Assembly: GCA_002269645.1 (NCBI GenBank)
Contig: NIVC01000779.1
Coordinates: forward strand, 20,906 to 84,905
Length of the DNA: 64,000 nt
Source: Macrostomum lignano
Lineage: Eukaryota
Reading direction: 5' to 3'
In this document: piece after piece, positions 60,119 to 64,000 of the stretch
Position numbering within the stretch: position 1 is the stretch's first letter
Layout of the letters: each line of letters opens with the position of its first letter
Program-made: the position numbers and the translations under genes
The notes under the pieces: model-generated
Seen by the model: only the letters and a program-made list of their open reading frames with translations
Told to the model about the DNA's origin: nothing
The model's database searches: none

Positions 60119-60698
60119 GCCGGCTCGGTAATTGCCAACTGCGCTGTTGCCCGTTTTCCAATCAGTGCAGCTTTTTATTTTAAATATGCGCGCTCTCATT
60201 ACTACTGCACCCTACAAAAATATCCACCTATCTGCATAGGCCATTGGAATTCAAAACTTCTGAGTCGTGCGCAGACATTTTGATAAGCTTAGCAGCACAG
60301 AGGGTAGACAATAAATTTATGCAGAGGGTTGGGGGTGGAGAGGATCGAGGTTCTGTATGGAAAGACTTGAGCTAAGGACTACTTCGAAGTATTATAACTA
60401 TCGGATGCAAAACGAGGGGGGTTTGCTGGAGTTTCGAAGGCAAGGCGATTTTTTTAAACTAAAAAATGATACATCGAAATCTTCGTTCTTCATATTTTGC
60501 CGTTAAAGAATTTTAGATTTTCATAAACGATATCCAACCCTGAGGAAATTGCAGCGTCCGTCCAACTATATACTAGTTGTCCATGGCCCACGAGTGATCC
60601 CGGGCGTGATCGAGGTTCAGTCCCTCCACTTCTACACTACTTATGCAGTGAATGAAGTAGCCACAAGCGAGTATTATAATTATTAATTGTATTTTCAG

Positions 60699-61033
60699 GC
60701 GTCTTGTCGCCAATTCTGGCCAGCCGGGTTACTCGCCGCGGCACAGTGGAGGAATGGCGCACCGTTTTCCTAGTGGCAGCCTGCGTTCACGCAGTCACAG
60801 TGGCCTGTTACTACTGCATGGCTTCGGGCGACCCGCAGCCATGGTCGGACCCCAGCGAGACTGTCAGACTTATTGAGTCCTCGGCGACCTCGGCCCCAAC
60901 AGCTGCTGTGAAGCCGTTCCGAGACAGCGACGACACGGACGAGACTGAGGATACGAAGGAACAACCAGCGGAAGCCATTCAAACGGAGGAATGGCACGAG
61001 AAGAGTCAAATTTTGGGCGACAGGATGAAGTGA
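60699..61033 (+). CDS. SLC17 transporter, terminal exon
   Basis: ttttcag|gc acceptor in phase 1. GVLSPILASRVT...EEWRTVF...YYCMASGDPQPWS matches the SLC17 EW..VF...Y...ASG..QPW motif. Spliced CDS is 1629 nt (542 aa). Confidence 0.9.
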
Positions 61034-62766
61034 CTTAGAAAAGGAAACCCTCTTCCATAGCCTGCGAAAAATTTAATTTTAGAGTCTTCAAACCACTTGT
61101 TACAACGGCGGACAGCCAATCAGCGCAAAGGAAAACCTTCCTCAAGGTCGCGGAGTGAGGTGGCTGGCGGCCGTGCAAGTATTTCAAGAACGAGTCTTAT
61201 TAATTTGTTTGTTTCGAGCGTAAGCATCTGGACTCCCAGCCAATCAGCACGAAGGAAATCCTTACCCCGCTCCAAATATTCAAGGTCACGGGTGAGGAAC
61301 GGTTGTTCTTTCAAGAGTCGCACAACAGAGGTCTATTTATAGAACTACGTAGCTATATTAGCAGCTGAACTCCCAGCCAATCAGCGCCCGCGCTAACGAA
61401 ACCCTTTACCTCCTAATATTCAAAGGTCGTCAGTTTGTCTTGGCCAAATGTTTGAGGCTTTGGAAGAGGGTAAAAGTCTAACAATCTACCTATACTAAAT
61501 GTCCAAAATTAGTTTGTCTGTAACGCTCTAGAGATTGAACTGATTGACCATAAGATATTTATATCCGGTAATCGGGAACAATGCATTCAATTTATACCAG
61601 TAAGAAATAACTCTACTTCAATAAGTAAACTAAGAGTGAAAATAATCTTTCAAATCGGATTGGATATTTTGCTGTAAACGGTATACTCGTAATATTGTCG
61701 GGTCTGTCTGCTATAACTGCACTCAACCCTGGTGTGTTTTTATGCGTCTTTCCAAGATTGTTATGCACAGGTGTAAACAAAAAAGCAAATAAATAAACAT
61801 TAAAAACTCAATGTTTTATCAAACAAGCTTTACCAAAGAAAATTTGGCAAGTAAATTTATTTTAATTTAGAGGTTTATTATGCAAAACAAATAAAAATCC
61901 ATTCCAGCTATTGGATGAAGGGATTAAATGTAGTGCTTCCAGGAATAACACAGGCGAGCACAGAGAGCAGGTTTATCTGGTAATGTCTTTGCTTTCTAAG
62001 AAACACAATTGGAACACGACCTATTAGAGTTTCATTGCGTTGCTACAAAAAACAAAAAATCATATTTGCAATAAAGATTCGCTTCGCTGCTTAGTGTGGA
62101 GAGGAATCGGAAAGGATCATCAGACCTTCAATGACCAGCTAGGCTATCAAAAAATAACAAATTAGAAAACAGTTAGCACCGAATAGCTATCGAATTTCTG
62201 TCCTTTGTATCAATATTATGCCGATGCAATTTTTGTTGCTATTTACACCTGACGCTTGATTAAACAATTACTTCTGGGAGAAAATCTATAGGGAAAAAAT
62301 TGAGTAAGATTAACAAACACTTGATTAGCTATTCTCATAATGTGATTAGCAAGGACCACTGTAGTATAACAAGACGTAAAAATCAAAGATCGTGCATTTT
62401 TGGAGGCCGATTTCTTAGAAAAAATACACTGCGGCGACAATAAAAACCCTTTTATCAAAAAATCAACGATGGCATTTGACCGGGGGCAGTGAAGAGTATT
62501 TTCCAGGAAATCGGCCTCCAAACATTACACGATCTTTGAGTTTGACAGTGGTCCTTGGTGATTAGTCAGGCACCCGAATGAATCGAAGTCAAAGCTGAAG
62601 GACAAGGACCACTGGAAGTTCCAGTGGACAATTAATTTGAAAGCCGATTATTACCTTTGTTGCCTTGTTAGCTTTGCTACGAGTACATATAGTTTGATAC
62701 AGGTGTAACTTCTAGTGGTCCTTGGCTATAGTGTAGCGGATCACGAGACGAGTTCCACAAAAACAG

Positions 62767-62869
62767 TTAAAGGTTTCGCGATACAACCTTGTGCAGTCCA
62801 TGCACCATTACAGTAGGTGGCAGATCCTTTGTGAGAATGTCCAACTTCTCCAGATAGTCCGTGTGCAGC
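62767..62869 (-). CDS. SLC12A9: SLC12A9-like, terminal exon
   Basis: tgccag|g acceptor. LHTDYLEKLDILTKDLPPTVMVHGLHKVVSRNL* resembles recalled SLC12A9 YL..L..LT.DL.PT.LVHG...V. Not in the ORF track. Confidence 0.8.
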
Positions 62870-62934
62870 CTGGCAGAATGAAGGAACACAAAATTAATGA
62901 AAAATAAACTCTTTAGTGATAAGTGACTTGCTAT

Positions 62935-63270
62935 AATAGCAGCATATCATCATCAGATCACTTGATATGCTAAAAACAGCAACAAATCAGCAGCAGTTCA
63001 CGTGATGCTCTAATAATAGCAGCATATCATCATCAGCGCACGTGATATGCTAAAATAGCAACAAATCAGCAGCAGTTCACGTGATGCTCTAATTATAGCA
63101 GCATATCATCATCAGAGCACGTGATATGCTAAAACAGCAACAAATCAGCAGCAGTTCACGTGATGCTCTAATAATAGCAGCATATCATCATCAGCGCACG
63201 TGATATGCTAAAAATAGCAACAAATCAGCAGCAGTTCACGTGATGTTTTAATAATAGCAGCGTATTATCA
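62935..63270. repeat. ~80-bp intronic tandem repeat, 4 copies, containing CACGTG
   Basis: Direct reading. 7 exact CACGTG. Confidence 0.9.
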
Positions 63271-63324
63271 GCAGAGGCCGGCCAAAAGCCAATTAACACA
63301 ACTTTCTAAGCCTGTAGTACTCAC

Positions 63325-63474
63325 GCAGGGTCCATTGGAGGCCGAGGCAGGTACAGGAACACAGCTGCCGTTGTTGACTCTGCAATCGAATAGTCTGATT
63401 GACAGCTGTCAAGTACTGACGAGTAATTTCGCCGTCCTGCGCGAACGCTGCGGCGCCTCGATTCTCCCAAGAAC
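63325..63474 (-). CDS. SLC12A9: SLC12A9-like, penultimate exon
   Basis: ttgcag|g acceptor and gc|gtgagt donor, 150 nt. TAAVFLYLPRPPMDPA matches recalled SLC12A9 TAVRFLYLPRPPADPA. Confidence 0.82.
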
Positions 63475-63614
63475 CTGCAAAGTACGCGTGCTGGGCTTTT
63501 CAATGCTTTGAATTTGCATTACATGTTAAGACGTCACGACGATGTGCCTTGTGTTCTGACATGAAATTCCTAATCCAGTCCTGTTTAACTGTCTTAAATG
63601 ACTGGCCCTGTCTT

Positions 63615-63830
63615 TGCATCCCCATCCCTACATCCCCATCCGGACATCCCCATCCCTACATCCCATCCCTACATCCCTATCCCTACATCCCCAATCTGGA
63701 CATGCCCCATCCGGACATCCCCATCCCTACATCCCCTTCCCTACACCCCATCCCTACATCCCATCTCTTTATCCCCATTCGCACATCCCCATCTCTAGAT
63801 CCCTATCCCTACATCACCCATCATCCCAAT
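63615..63830. repeat. catccc/ctacatccc low-complexity intronic repeat
   Basis: Direct reading. Confidence 0.8.
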
Positions 63831-63881
63831 CCAAAAGTCCCTGTCCGCCAAACAACCCCACAGAGCCAGACGGGCACAAAC

Positions 63882-64000
63882 CTGGTCCAGTCCAGCAGGT
63901 GGGTCTGGGCTCGAATCCGCAGATCGCCCAGCAGTTTATCCAGGCTCTCAGTCAGCCTTGGCGCGGCCTCCCTAGCCGTCGAGTCAACGCAGAGGAACAC
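63882..64000 (-). CDS. SLC12A9: SLC12A9-like exon, cut by window edge
   Basis: VFLCVDSTAREAAPRLTESLDKLLGDLRIRA (LL..LRI.A motif of the SLC12 C-terminus). Donor ag|gtttgt in phase 2, matching the next exon. Confidence 0.78.

Overview
Eukaryotic, intron-containing invertebrate DNA. The GC-rich exons, polyQ/polyA proteins and minisatellite-filled introns resemble the flatworm Macrostomum, but that is an inference from style only. Seven host genes were reconstructed by hand from GT-AG sites with consistent codon phases: the 3' part of SLC35C2 (+), a two-exon MAD2L1BP/p31comet-like gene (-), a four-exon GT92 glycosyltransferase (+), a three-exon rotund/lin-29/ZNF384-family zinc-finger gene (-), a five-exon SLC17 (VGLUT/sialin-like) transporter (+), the 3' end of SLC12A9 (-), and a GT15 (Kre2/Mnt1-type mannosyltransferase) gene with an uninterrupted coding region nested antisense in SLC17 intron 4. 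Mobile DNA: a decayed THAP/P-type transposon with TIRs and an 8-bp TSD inserted inside a decayed hAT element; a near-intact Ty3/Gypsy LTR element with 4-bp TSD, tRNA-Leu PBS and a -1 frameshift signal; a decayed non-LTR RT carrying a 52-bp perfect hairpin insertion with a 7-bp TSD; a 246-bp MITE with an 8-bp TSD; and a tRNA-derived CORE-type SINE. More than 25 unrelated micro/minisatellite arrays are present, several of which amplify palindromes or transcription-factor motifs. No rRNA, intact tRNA gene or CRISPR array was seen. Gene and family names come from recalled motif similarity, not from database searches.
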